Shown here in pieces: positions 1-12,600 of a stretch of 64,000 nucleotides of DNA (the stretch's first letter is position 1; every line of letters starts with the position of its first letter). The position numbers were made by a program, and so were the translations under genes. The stretch comes from Glycera tridactyla (Eukaryota): the NCBI GenBank assembly GCA_965644265.1, contig OZ286460.1, positions 100,316,001 to 100,380,000 on the forward strand. Direction: 5' to 3'. The notes beneath the pieces were generated by a model. That model had not been told where the DNA came from, did not search any database, and was given only the letters and a program-made list of their open reading frames with translations.

Positions 1-1356
1 TGTTGGATTAGCACTTGGCTGGGTGAATCAAAATCTTCGTGATTTGCGTGGACAGAATAGGATGTGTGCAAGCAAGAACCCATTATACAATGGATGAAGT
101 AATGGAGTAACATGGCATACAGTAGCCTTGTCTAGCGGCAGTCTCATGAGCTGTATGATGCAATTTTGCCGACACATGCACCAACTCTGTGTTACAACCT
201 CAAGGTCACAGGTGAACAAGAAGCTGATTGATTGGAGCTCAAGCGCATGGTTGGATGTGGTTTGATGTCACATCAGCGCCAGATGTGCTATATTGTGATG
301 CTCATGCAATCGGCATGGGTGGGATAAATCAAGACTCCTCCTTCCAGCTCCCCAACGGAAAGTGAAAATTTATCAAATTCACAAACACTCAAGGTGTCAT
401 TTCTGTTATTGAATATGTTGACCACAGCATTACCGTGTGAACATCGGATTGATTCACAAGGTGTCATTTCTGTCAGTGCTTTATTTTTGGCCACTGCAGT
501 GCCCCATGGTGAACAAGGGATCAATTTACTGTGCCGCTACTTGAGCATGCATCAACCCAAAAGATTATGTATGCCACATGTTCCTTACATATAAGACCCT
601 GTCCCATGCAAGCATCATTATTAAACATCCTGAACACAAGATGATAGAAAACCATAAATATTGTCTAATGGAAGCAACATTAACTCAGACACTCACCAAC
701 GTACATCAAATGCATTGATAAACCTTTAGATCACATTCCTCTCTATTTGAATAGCTCAAAGCTGACACTCGAATCAGACAGCATCTCTGAGACTGTACAA
801 TGGCATGTAGATATTATTCATACTCCACACATGGATTAGAGATGGATATATATGAGCACAAGCTGGTAGGAAATTGATAAGATGCAGTCAATAGACTCCT
901 GCTGAGTATAGTAATTCAATGTCCACTTTCATTAGCAAGGGTGGTGCTACGCTATACAATGTTCACAGCAAGATCACGCTAACCAGCCTGATCAAATTAG
1001 ACATCAGGTCCTTCCTTCAGAGTGATAACATTAGTCCATTCACTTGCATTAGTGCTGAAAATTGATGCATTTTCACAGCTGGAAGTCAATTAAGTCAAAA
1101 TCGACTTGAAATGTTTCTCCCATTTTGACCCAGCCAGATGGAGACAATGTTAACTGATGTCATGTACCTACAGTAACACATCAGTCAATGTTTCCTAATA
1201 AGGTCAAAGTGACTTTACCAGTATAAACCTTAACTAGGCCTATCTATACGTCTATCAGAGCACAAATTTCGGTTTGGCATTCTTAGTATGATTGGAAAGA
1301 TGGGAAAGGCTGAGAAGTGTGGCTTATACACACACGCACGCACGCGCATGCACACA

Positions 1357-1494
1357 NNNNNNNNNNNNNNNNNNNNNNNNNNNNNNNNNNNNNNNNNNNN
1401 NNNNNNNNNNNNNNNNNNNNNNNNNNNNNNNNNNNNNNNNNNNNNNNNNNNNNNNNNNNNNNNNNNNNNNNNNNNNNNNNNNNNNNNNNNNNNN
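1357..1494. other. Assembly gap (138 N)
   Basis: Run of N next to a (CA)-type repeat. Confidence 1.
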
Positions 1495-4400
1495 TCATCA
1501 CTTTGGGGGACAAAATGCATAAAATTAGGCAGTGGGGTATCCCTAGCTTCCAGTGAACACAACCTCTTCACTAAGACCTCTTCCACTGTATTCAAGGGTA
1601 GGCTCATGCCATGGATCAGTCGCATGTCTCATGCACCACATTTTGCATATTTCATCTCAGAGAAGCCATCAGGAAGGTACCAGAGCAATTACCATAATTT
1701 TTCCCATGAATACTGTGATGTGTAAGCCCATTGAGCTGTAACTTCTCTCACAGGACTATTCTTCAACATGCAGGAAAGTAGAAGATAGACAATAACTACA
1801 ACTAAATGCAATATTGGGATGATATAGGCAAGATGGGTGTGCATTATTGTGACCAGTATGTTTCATTGCAACGGTAAACATAATATATAATGATTGGCTG
1901 ATTCACTGTTGGATAAGTGTTGGATATATATGTTGCTCAGTATTGTCACATTTTCACTATTCTGGTGATACTATCATATTGAAACAAGGCCACAGGGGGC
2001 TGGACATGTAATGGGAGTGAAACCTACGACAAGACCTCCCCCCGCCCCCCCCCCCCCCCAAAAAAAAAAAATCATCTCCGACAGGAGACCGCTTTTCCAA
2101 GGCACCTTTTCTATTTGAGTTAGTCAAATATACCTCCAGCGAGACACCACCTCTTTTGAGAAACTACATTTTGGTGACACATAGGGTGGTCTCTCATTGC
2201 AAGTTTCACAGTAATACCTCCTGTGACCTTTACTCTTGACAAGGAGTCACATGTATCAAAAGAGACATGCCTCACTCTCGATTTTAGTTTGGAATACAGT
2301 TTCGATATACATCACAGCTATGAAGTTTTATGAAAGTTGCACCAGTCAATCCAAAGTTATTGAATGAAATATGATAGATGAACAGATGTATGGACGTTCA
2401 TATGGAAAGAATTATGAAACTCTGATACCATGCTTTTTCCAAAGTGGGATATAAAAATGATGCGGACTGCTGTAGCAGTACTTGAGAAAGAACGGTGCAG
2501 CAGGCCAGTAATCAAGCATTCATGGCAAGTTGCTGCTGAGACCAGTCGGCATGTCTTTGAGATGAGATGAGAGACACTTGCCAACACCCTCAAGTCACAA
2601 CAAGAGTCAAACTCTGAATTATGAGGGAAGTGTAACCATGATGTGATGTTCATGTTGTACAGTGAGACCTGTGATGAGACTATCCCCCCCCCCCCCCCCC
2701 CCGGACGAGAGATCGCTTTTTCAGGGCAGCTTTTCTATTTGACTTTGTCAAATATACCTCCGACGACAGACAACCACTTTTGGGAGAACGCTCATTGCAG
2801 GTTTCACTGTAGAGACAAATCTGTCCCAAATAGCCAGTACATATCACCCATTCAACCAGCCAATTTGGAATTCCAAACTGGAGATTTTCTCACCATAATT
2901 CACTTGTTCTAAGCAGCCACCTGTCCTAATTAGCCACTTTCTGCCTTCCAAAAGGGGCAGCGTTGAAAATTTGATTGAGGGGAGATGAAACTGAGGATAC
3001 AGTTTGATGTAATGGCAAAATATAGCTTTGACGGCATGACAAATACATGAGCATGCATACATGCACCCATGTCCATCTTCCAATGTGACAACTTCCCAAC
3101 CAATCTCACCAAGTAACAACTGTCATGGTTCAAGCTCGTAGAATCAAGCCAAAATTTGATCTTTCAGTCTGTTCAGTGCCATGTTCTAGTGGCACAATAT
3201 CTGTTTCTTACAAAATCATCTCCTCTGGGCAAATCCAATGTGTCCTGCAATGAGGGACCACCCTAAATATCACCAAAATGTGGTCCCTCAAAAAGGTGGT
3301 CTCTCATCAGAGGTATATTTGCAGAGACTGACATTTTGAGGGTGTTTGGGCGTTTGACCTATCAACCACCTCGGGTCCTTTTTTTATTTTCATTATGGGC
3401 ACAAAATCGCCCACCTGATGTCATAAGCCAGACATCAGTGACATGAGTCAATGATTGACCTGATGATATCTATTATCTTCTCACACTGTTTTCTGCCATT
3501 GTTTTCTCTTTGCAAGCTGATTTCTGCATATAACTGCTTGCAATATAAATGAATATATGAATGCAACTGTTGTATGATTCATTTCCATTTGAGAAACATT
3601 CAACATATTTCAGGAATGCCCATCAAATTCCAGAAATGCCCAACTTCCTCGGACCACCTTGGCATTTTTGCCTAACCACTCTCTGCAAAATGTCAGTTTC
3701 TGATTTGACTATGTGAAGTAGAAAACGTACCCTGGGAAGTGGTCTCACATCACAGCTTTCATCATCCCACTCACATGGTCAACAGGAAAATGGCCATTCT
3801 AAGCAAATTGGTCTGACAATGTTTTTCAGCATGTTTTATTCAAATGATGCTAAGGCCAGTGACCGACAATGGCCACATTAAGCCCTTCAATGACGTATCA
3901 TTCCAGACATCTTTCAGGCAAGTGGAATGCAATTTTTAGTTACCTTCTTCAAGATTTTCACCTGCCCTCCTCCTTGAGATTACAACCTGTAGCGCAGCTA
4001 AGGTCCTGATGTGTAAAACCTTTAGTTGCCTTGTACAAAGTAGGACACTATTATCTGCATCAGGTAACAGATGACAGCAGAAATTATTCACCAGTGATTG
4101 GTGAATAAAAAGGGTGTAATACAGATAAGCAACTGTCACTCAAATGGTTAGCATTGCTAGGTAGGTACCAACATCAGTCAGGTGGTAAAAGGTCAATATT
4201 GTCCGTAAGAAGTATCCCATGGTACACATATTCATAATGATATATTAATGATCAACCATTTTATGATCAGATTATCGCTAGCAGGCTTTGCATGCCTTTC
4301 CTCCCTCAACTTGGATGTGGGGTTGATGCTAGGGGTAAACCGATACGCTTCCATCACTGTTATGATACATTCCATGAAACAGCCACTCACGATACAATAC

Positions 4401-6576
4401 ATTCCACAATATGCCACAACACACACACAAACACACACACACACACCACCACCACCACCACCACCACCACCACTAGCCCTCTTTCAGGAATCTGGTGCTT
4501 TGGTCCTCCCTGGTGCAAGTCACTTTATTTCCATAACAGGCAAGATGCTACATTATTACATGAAACAAAGACTAATAAAATTTGATTAATCAGCCACTGC
4601 TGGCTGGTATACAGCTGTGACCTGAAAGATATTACACCAAATCAGTCATTTATATAATGTACATGTATATCTTAAATTCAATAGTGGCAACGGCTTATGT
4701 CCTATGTCATGCAACAGTGTCACTACAAATGCTTTGAATTGAGGCTGAATTCATTTTTTTCAGAATTTTCAATTGACATTCATCATTGGATTAGACTGAC
4801 TCATGGTGATGGACCGCCGATTGTGCAGGCACAATTATCAAATCACCTGCCGCCTACCTACAGTCAATCTGCCTGCTTGAGCCAATAAGGTAGACCTGAG
4901 CACATAGCCTGCGATGTGTGTAACCACCATTCTAGTCAACTCATCACTTTTTTTTGGGAGGGGGGGGGGGGGATTGAAAATTTGAGTCAACAATGAAAAA
5001 TACAGTTAGTTGACAAATATCACTAGAGTATCAGAGCCCTACTGGTACATTGCGACCTCTTTTGTCTACATCTCATTGGCATATAATACCCTGTTATGGC
5101 ATGCCACAACCACTTGTGCATCTACTCTGGTCCCCTTTTTGTCACTCACCAATGCTACACAGCATCTAAATCATGTGTTTCCCCTCATGAGATGGACATA
5201 AGTAGTTGAAAGAGCTGATCTGCACCTGGTGTCATCATTTAGAAGATAATCCGATACCAAGCATTAAAGGAAATCAATAGGAATACTCTAAATATAAACA
5301 TGTTGCAACACAGAGCCCGACGGGATATTATGATCTAGAATCCAGTTTGGGATGAATTGATAATGTGGCCAGGGATGACAATGAATGGAGAGTAAGCGAT
5401 GCTTGGTAACGCCTAGCAACTATCGACATTATATATACAACATCAGGACATAAGTAGTTATGATTAAACCCAGGCACATGCAGAGTTATTGAGTGCAGTG
5501 GCAGAATGAGTCGATATGAGTACCAGACCTGTTTTTCCTGATTTTGATCATTAGTGAGTAGCATTGGGATTTGATTTTTTTCACATTTGAAGTATGATTT
5601 TAGGAACTAAACGAACTTAAAACAATGTTTGATTTTTACCATATTTCGGACTCATGCACTTTCACATGCGAATTGTTCTATTTAGCCCCCCCCCCCCCCC
5701 CCCCTTTACTCCTTTGGAAGTTCAACCGCTTTCCTCATGAAGTGGTTTAAGATGACAAGTGTTCCAGGAATTCAAAAAGTGGCTGCTCAGGGCAGGAGAA
5801 TGCTGAGGACAGGTCAGACTCTACCTATCTAAAATGAGCCAATGTGACTCATGAGAACTTTGGCCAATGTCAAATTTTGCAATTCTATACAAATCCTACA
5901 CATTATATGAATTGTTGATAATACTCAGAGCAGGATACAATGGGAAAATCAATGATCTATGCCATAAACCCATCAAATATATATGGAATTTAGGGGATGT
6001 GGCAATGCATCAATCGTGGCTCAAGGTGATAAAAATACATATATCTACTGCTCTTCAATTATTAACTGTTGCCATGATATCATGATCAGTTTGGATTAGT
6101 GCCTTTTTGAGCTCAGAAGAATGTGAGTCCCTGCACTGACATAAAAGTGAATTGTGAATAATTCCCATCTAACTATCAAGATCCCTTTGGACATAGCGGA
6201 ACATCACAGGTACTGCATTAATACTGAAAACAAGAAGGTAGCTATGCAGCGATTGAAGACCATATTCTTGTGAGATGTTCACACAATTGATGTCAAGGAA
6301 TATGATTGTGAAATGATTTTGCCTTGAAGTTTGCTATCTCTCGTGTGTGAAAATGATGCACAAGTCATCTTTAGATCCTCTAGTTCCAGTCACTGGAGCA
6401 CCAAATAATTATACCATTAACTATGCTTTTTTACATTGATTATCTTTGCAATGACAACTTCATGTACCGGTATTCTTTTAATCACTACAATACTAGCCAA
6501 AAGCCAGCTCAGACTTCCATTTCCATGTCATACACGACTTGATAGGATCCATTGTTTTCTCCCTTGTATAACTATC

Positions 6577-6709
6577 CAGGGCGAGAATACATCAAGAAAA
6601 TCAACCTGCCCTCTCTATATGAGCAAGTCATTTATGATCATTTTCCACCTGCCCACCAGGAAAGTCCACCTGCCCTAGGTGGGTTGGGAGGCTATCTCAT
6701 CTCACGCTG
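6577..6709. mobile_element. MITE with CAG...CTG ends and a 5-bp TSD (hAT5-like)
   Basis: CTATC|CAGGGCGAGA ... TCTCACGCTG|CTATC, with internal ACCTGCCC repeats. Related copies at ~30385-30490, ~36730-36825 and 45196-45515. Confidence 0.75.
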
Positions 6710-8984
6710 CTATCATCTATGTGGATATTGAATTATATATGCAAAAGTGCCTGATACTGATGGTAGTTTCTTTCTGTGGTTGCACTTGGGTCATGCATCA
6801 TTCCGTACAGACTATGTCATTAGCTCTATTCTCTCAAACAAATGTCCGCACATGAAGGGATTTGCAATCGAAGGAATGATATGCCAATATCAGTCTCACT
6901 TCATATGAGATAAGAAACTTAGCAGGTCATGTCTCTTGACTACATATGTGTTTGCAAGTTGATCATTGGCATTGGTGCATAATTTTGGAATTGATTAATC
7001 AGGATTTATTTAAAATAATGATTATATTCTAATAAATGTTCAGTCAACACTTAAAGACATATTTGGTGACAGGGGTGGTGACTGACATATCTTTATAAGT
7101 GGAAAAGCATAAGTTCATCTACATTCAGACGCACAGACAGAAAACTTACATTTAGTATCAACCAGCGTTATGGGATATGGAATAGTTCTGCAGACACAAG
7201 TTTCTTTGAATATGATGAGAATCACTCACACACCATCATTTCCAATTAGAGCAGCCATCTCAGTTTATGTCTCAACCAATCAGTATTCTGGTCATTAAAA
7301 ACTTCGCACCTCATCCAGGAAGCAGATGATAGGCTCGCAGCAAATAATGCTGAATATGCAAATCTACATTATACTATGTCTGCATTTTTTACTGTTGATG
7401 ATCATGCATTTGGCAAATCATAACAAATGTTTGAGGAATATCAATCTCAATGGTGGTACTATATCTAGTTTGTATACCATCTGCGCACTCAACAGAAAAG
7501 CGTAAAATGAAAATTTGAAATCAACTTCGCTGATCATGCCTTGCACAAAGATATTTAGATTTTGAATACCTATATCCTCCTGTCTCGAGAGTCAAGATAG
7601 CACCGTCATCCTGGTTGGCATGTTGATCTTTGTGATATCCTCTCCAGCACACCAACAGCAAGCTAGTCAGGTTATTTTTCAGTTTGTGTAGAGTTTCACA
7701 CAGTATATTTCATTGCAATTTGCTCATCATTCATGAGACCTGTCAACATTGTATATGATGAGTTGAGTTGGTGACCACATGCATCAACCCCATCAATTAT
7801 GTACTTCACCATTCACAATTCTCTCGTATATCAGTACGGAAAACATATTACTGGTGTGCTGTGTCTGTGCAACTCTCACATATTGGATCTTAAGATACAG
7901 CTGGCTCCCAGACTTTAGAGATTACTGATCATCGAAATATAGACTGGATTCTGGTATCTTTCCCAAAATGTGGCTGACAGCGGTCACTCTGGCTCTGGAA
8001 TATTTTGGCAGCAGTAATGCCTTATCTATCTATGGTAAACAAGGATGTGGGGGGGAGGGCAAAATAAATCTGCTCGAAATGTTTGGTCCCACCTGGCACA
8101 TTGATAAGCATCAAAGAGAAGATGCCAATTCTTATCAAAATGATCACCTCTTCAATCGCACATCACTCACTGCAACAAATGTCTACTTCTCTCAAAGAAC
8201 AGCATCATAAAATCAAATAATTGCTGACAAGGCTTGTTTCGATTTCAGGAAAAAGAGATGCAACTCAACTAAAGCATTTTTGTTTTCAAATGTTGAACGG
8301 TGAAACATTCACATGTTTACATAATGGTCTACTTACCTCTCAGCACAAACACTACACTCAACTCCTGACAAATGCTGGATACACTGAACAATAAAGGCTC
8401 ACTCTGCTCTAGCCATTTGCCCATAGATAAAGTGCTGTCCATGTTTTAAAAGGACTCATGAAGTTCAAATTCATTCATAAGAGAGAGATGAAATTCCATT
8501 TCACTCAGCTGTTGTACAAATTAAGTGAAGCCTACCCAGTCAAGAATTGGAATTTCTTTCCATTGAAACATATACTAGAATTATTCTTGATACATCACAG
8601 CATGCTCTGGTCTCAAAGGACTCAGTTTGCAAATAGCAACTGATGTAAATGAAAGAATAATAGTCCCACTGGTGTGAGAATTAAAAGATTGTGCCTGCAC
8701 CATACAAAACTGCGTACATACTGGCTCTATTTAAAGGACGCTATACATGATCAATCTAAAATTTCGCCATAATGGACAATGTGTGTGGCTGTTGAAATGA
8801 GTAGTCAGCTAATTACACTTGATGATTTATTCACGAGGTTGGCATCCTCATGCTTCACACCCACATTTCGGAATGCTCCACATTTAATCCATTCTCCGAC
8901 CTGAGTACAGGAAACATGTGTTAAAAGTTTGGCTATACATGGAATCCCAACAGAATTACAGGCGCTATATCAATAGGAACACTG

Positions 8985-9660
8985 TGCTATGAATGTGGGG
9001 TCTGATACATTAGGTGCTATCAATGTTGAGGTTGACATTTTGTGTGATATTCATAGGGGGGCTGAAACACTGTTGTATCAATGTGGGATTATGAATTTCA
9101 GTGCTAACGATGTGGGGGCTGACACTTGTTGTTGTGTTAAATGTGGGGGCTCCACTTTGTGTGCTATCAATGTGGGGTTTGACACTTTTTGTGCCATCAA
9201 TGTGAGGGTTGACACTATGTGTACAATCAGTGTGAAGGCTGACACTTTGTGTGCTATCAATGTGGAGGCTACCATTTTGTGTGCTTTCAATGTGAGGGTT
9301 GACACTTTGTGTGCTATCAATGTGGGGGCTACCATTTGTGTGATATCAATGTGGAGGCTACCATTTTGTGTGCTATCAATGTGGAGGCTACCATTTTGTG
9401 TGCTATCAATGTGGAGGCTGCAATTTTGTGTGCTATCAATGTGGAGGCTGCAACTCCAAGACAGGAAATGTGCTGGAAGTTTGACTATACATGGAAATTC
9501 CCTCAGAATTGTACATGACATCATATTAATAGGAACACTGACACTGAGTACACTATCAATGTTGATGCTGACAATTAGTATGCTATAAATGTGAGGGCTG
9601 GCACTTTGTATGCATTCAATGCAGAGTTAACACTTTTGTGCTGTCTATGTAGAGGCTGAC
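8985..9660. repeat. Degenerate 29-30-bp minisatellite
   Basis: Units like TGTGTGCTATCAATGTGGAGGCTACCATTT. They are 30 bp in the left part and 29 bp from ~9340. Confidence 0.85.
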
Positions 9661-12600
9661 ACCTTTCATGCCATCACTAACTGGGAGGGGGGGGGGGGTG
9701 TTGATGTTGAAGCTGACACTATATGATATTGGAATCATTCTCAATCATGTAGACTATAGAATGCTAATAAGTACTGGCACTGGCTTTACACAGACAGGAC
9801 ATGAATGAATCATACAGGGCCTGAGAAAATACAACAATATGAATAACAAGGATTGATTTCTGATTCCTGAAATAGTGGACTGGTCCAATGAATTGGGCTA
9901 CTTCCACTTGACAACAGTCATTTTAAACTAATGTAGGGGTGTGTCTGAACTGTCAGCTACTTTCACTCAATGACCTGTCTCGGTCTCTGTCTCTCTGTTT
10001 CTCCCTCAATCCCCCCCCCCCCCTCCTGTCTGTGTCTCTCTCTGTTCTCCCTCACTCGCCCTCTCTATTCTCCCTCAGTCCCTCTATCTGTCTGTCTCTC
10101 GGTCTATGTCTGCCCCCCCCCCCCCCCCCCTCTCTCATGCTTGGTACATTAACACATGTCGGTAATGCCCCGGGTACAACCATGCTGGCAGCATGGGAGT
10201 GATCCAGCATATATATATATAGCACATCTTGTACCATGTGAACCAGTGCCATAGAGTGAGGACACTGGCAGGTGCATTCACCCAAGCTCTGCCAATAACT
10301 GCTCAATCTCTTCTCCAATGATGGTATCATAAAAAGCCATCATGGCCTGTCATCGCCGAGCGACTGAAATTGAAAACCACATCTAGATTGACAATCCCAT
10401 CGACTCCTAGTGGCCAGGCCTCCGCAACCGGGTTGCAAATGTGGATGGGCGTTCCCTCCACTCATTCTTGAGTTGTTTTTCAATGAGGGATGCAACATTT
10501 TAGACTTGCTAGTACCATCCTACACCTCGCTGCTGTGAGACATTCACAATGGTGAATGAATACCATCTATTTCAATCCTATGCTAGTATATTGGATCATA
10601 ACTTTCATATTCCTATTGATAGATTCATTCGAGGGCAAAGATAGCATTTGAGTTCAAAATTTGAGGAGCCAAACTTGTACAGAACATTCACTTCAGCCTT
10701 CAGCCATATAGACATGACCTGGCAGTCCAGAATTTTTTTCCAGAAGGCACATGATATGGGGACAGCACTGACATTTTTCAAGATTATTTGTAGCGACATG
10801 GAATGCAGCAATAAAACTTGTACAGTCGAACCTCCCTATAAAGACTGCCTTCGGTCGCACCAAAAAGTGGCCTTTAATTTAAAGGGTCATTTACTGTAGA
10901 AAATACTACCACGGTCGCAGTTCAGGGCGGTCTTCATAGGGAGGTGGTCTTTATAGAGAGGTGGTTTTTAGAGGAGGTTCGGCTGAATATGACGGATTCT
11001 ACCATAATTATGACACACTACTCTCGATTGTGTGAACACTGGCAACGACGGAAAATCGAAAGTGGTTAAAAGACTAAAATCTTCAATTTTCTCCGCATCT
11101 CTAATTTTCCTAATTGGCAACATGGTGAACTGATCCGTTCTATGTGTACAGCAACAAAAAGTCCTTTCCCATGATTTCTCAGCAAATATACCAAGGAATC
11201 GCAGGCAAATGTTTTGAGATTGAATGCTTCCACTAAATTAACATCTGAAAGTGAATTGACAATATAAGAAACAAACAAGGACAACCGAATCTGCCCTAAG
11301 CTTGCACTGTGCTAAGCAAGAACTTCTCTACAGCGATCATGCTTTATTCATCCCGCCAGAGTATTCTCACTTTATTTCAACTGTACTGAGGATGCAGCTC
11401 TCCTGAGCATGCACTTTCACAATTCCGCTTGTATTCCACTCTCCTCATGCTTGCCATACTTTATACACAGCCCAGCATGACAAACTTGGATGATATTGCA
11501 TCTGCACATCTGAACACTCTGACAAACAAAACTTCCTTTTTGTACTTGCACAAAGCAATTTGTGCTGACTCAACGTGTTAATTCTCATACTGGAGGAATA
11601 CCGGTGGTAAAAAACGCACGTCCTAAATGAGTATGGTCCGTGGTACCACACAATATCCTGGCTGGCAATCAGTAGTCAGTCATCTACTTGACAGGTTGTG
11701 GAGTTATGTATTGATCGCATGCCATGGCACAGGCCCCGTGCTGGTTTGTTTGCTCAGTTCTGCACTAAACTCGACTCCCTATTGAAAAAAGTTACATAAA
11801 TGCACGGCCAAGAGATGAGCCACATACCATGATCAATATTATCGCTCCCAACACATTCACAACAACATCAACTTGTATTCATCCAGCAAAGCGATGAGTT
11901 CATGGCTTAGGACTGAGTTGACTAGTGAATAGCAGCAACAACCAAGATGATAATGATGATAGTAGTAATTACAGTCTAACCTGTCCTAAGCAGCCACTGT
12001 ACTCAGCAGCCACCTGCCCTACAGTTGGTTTCCCTATTAGATGTTCTTTCACTATGCCAGTTTGATTCTGCAAGTTCATCAAACATCTGTCGATGTACAT
12101 AGATTTTATCCCAAAAGTACTTTTAATGCTTATAACTACATGTACTACTTTATCATATATTCCTAGGGTTTACATACATATACTGTGCCTACCTCCATGA
12201 CTGAGACTTTAGATATGGCGGCATTTGAACCACTATACATGATTCGTTGCACCCAATATCATCATCATCAATATCAACTATTATCATCATCATCAGCTAC
12301 TATCATCATGATAATGTAGCATAGATAGCTCAGATAACAACCCATGATGATTTGAGTTGCAAAAACTGGGAAATCATTTCAGAGATTTATTTGGAAAAAT
12401 GTTTAGATTCATCAGCAAATTATCTATCCAGAGAGAATGTTGACAACTGACACAGAGAATAATATTACATATATTCTGTTTTTCTCGATTTGTCCCAGTC
12501 ATCATGGCTTCATCTAGCTCACCTCCAGAGAAACACAGAAAGATATTGGAAAAGATAGCAGCAACATGCATCATACATTATGCACAAACCACAGGACGAA

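Noticed and set aside
288-470. Segment homologous to ~49810-49990 with a shared reading frame and stop (NRNxTLSVCEF...TI*)
   Set aside because: In my manual alignment substitutions fall evenly across codon positions and are mostly non-synonymous, consistent with an old non-coding interspersed repeat. Related pieces occur near 600-660, 9895, 50285-50400 and 55990-56100.
10279-10363. Strong minus-strand acceptor followed by ARR-TGA-QAMMAFYDTIIGEEIEQLLAEL, a possible selenocysteine read-through
   Set aside because: The context matches no selenoprotein motif I know, no SECIS can be assigned, and the flanking GCCATCATGGCC sequence looks repeat-derived.
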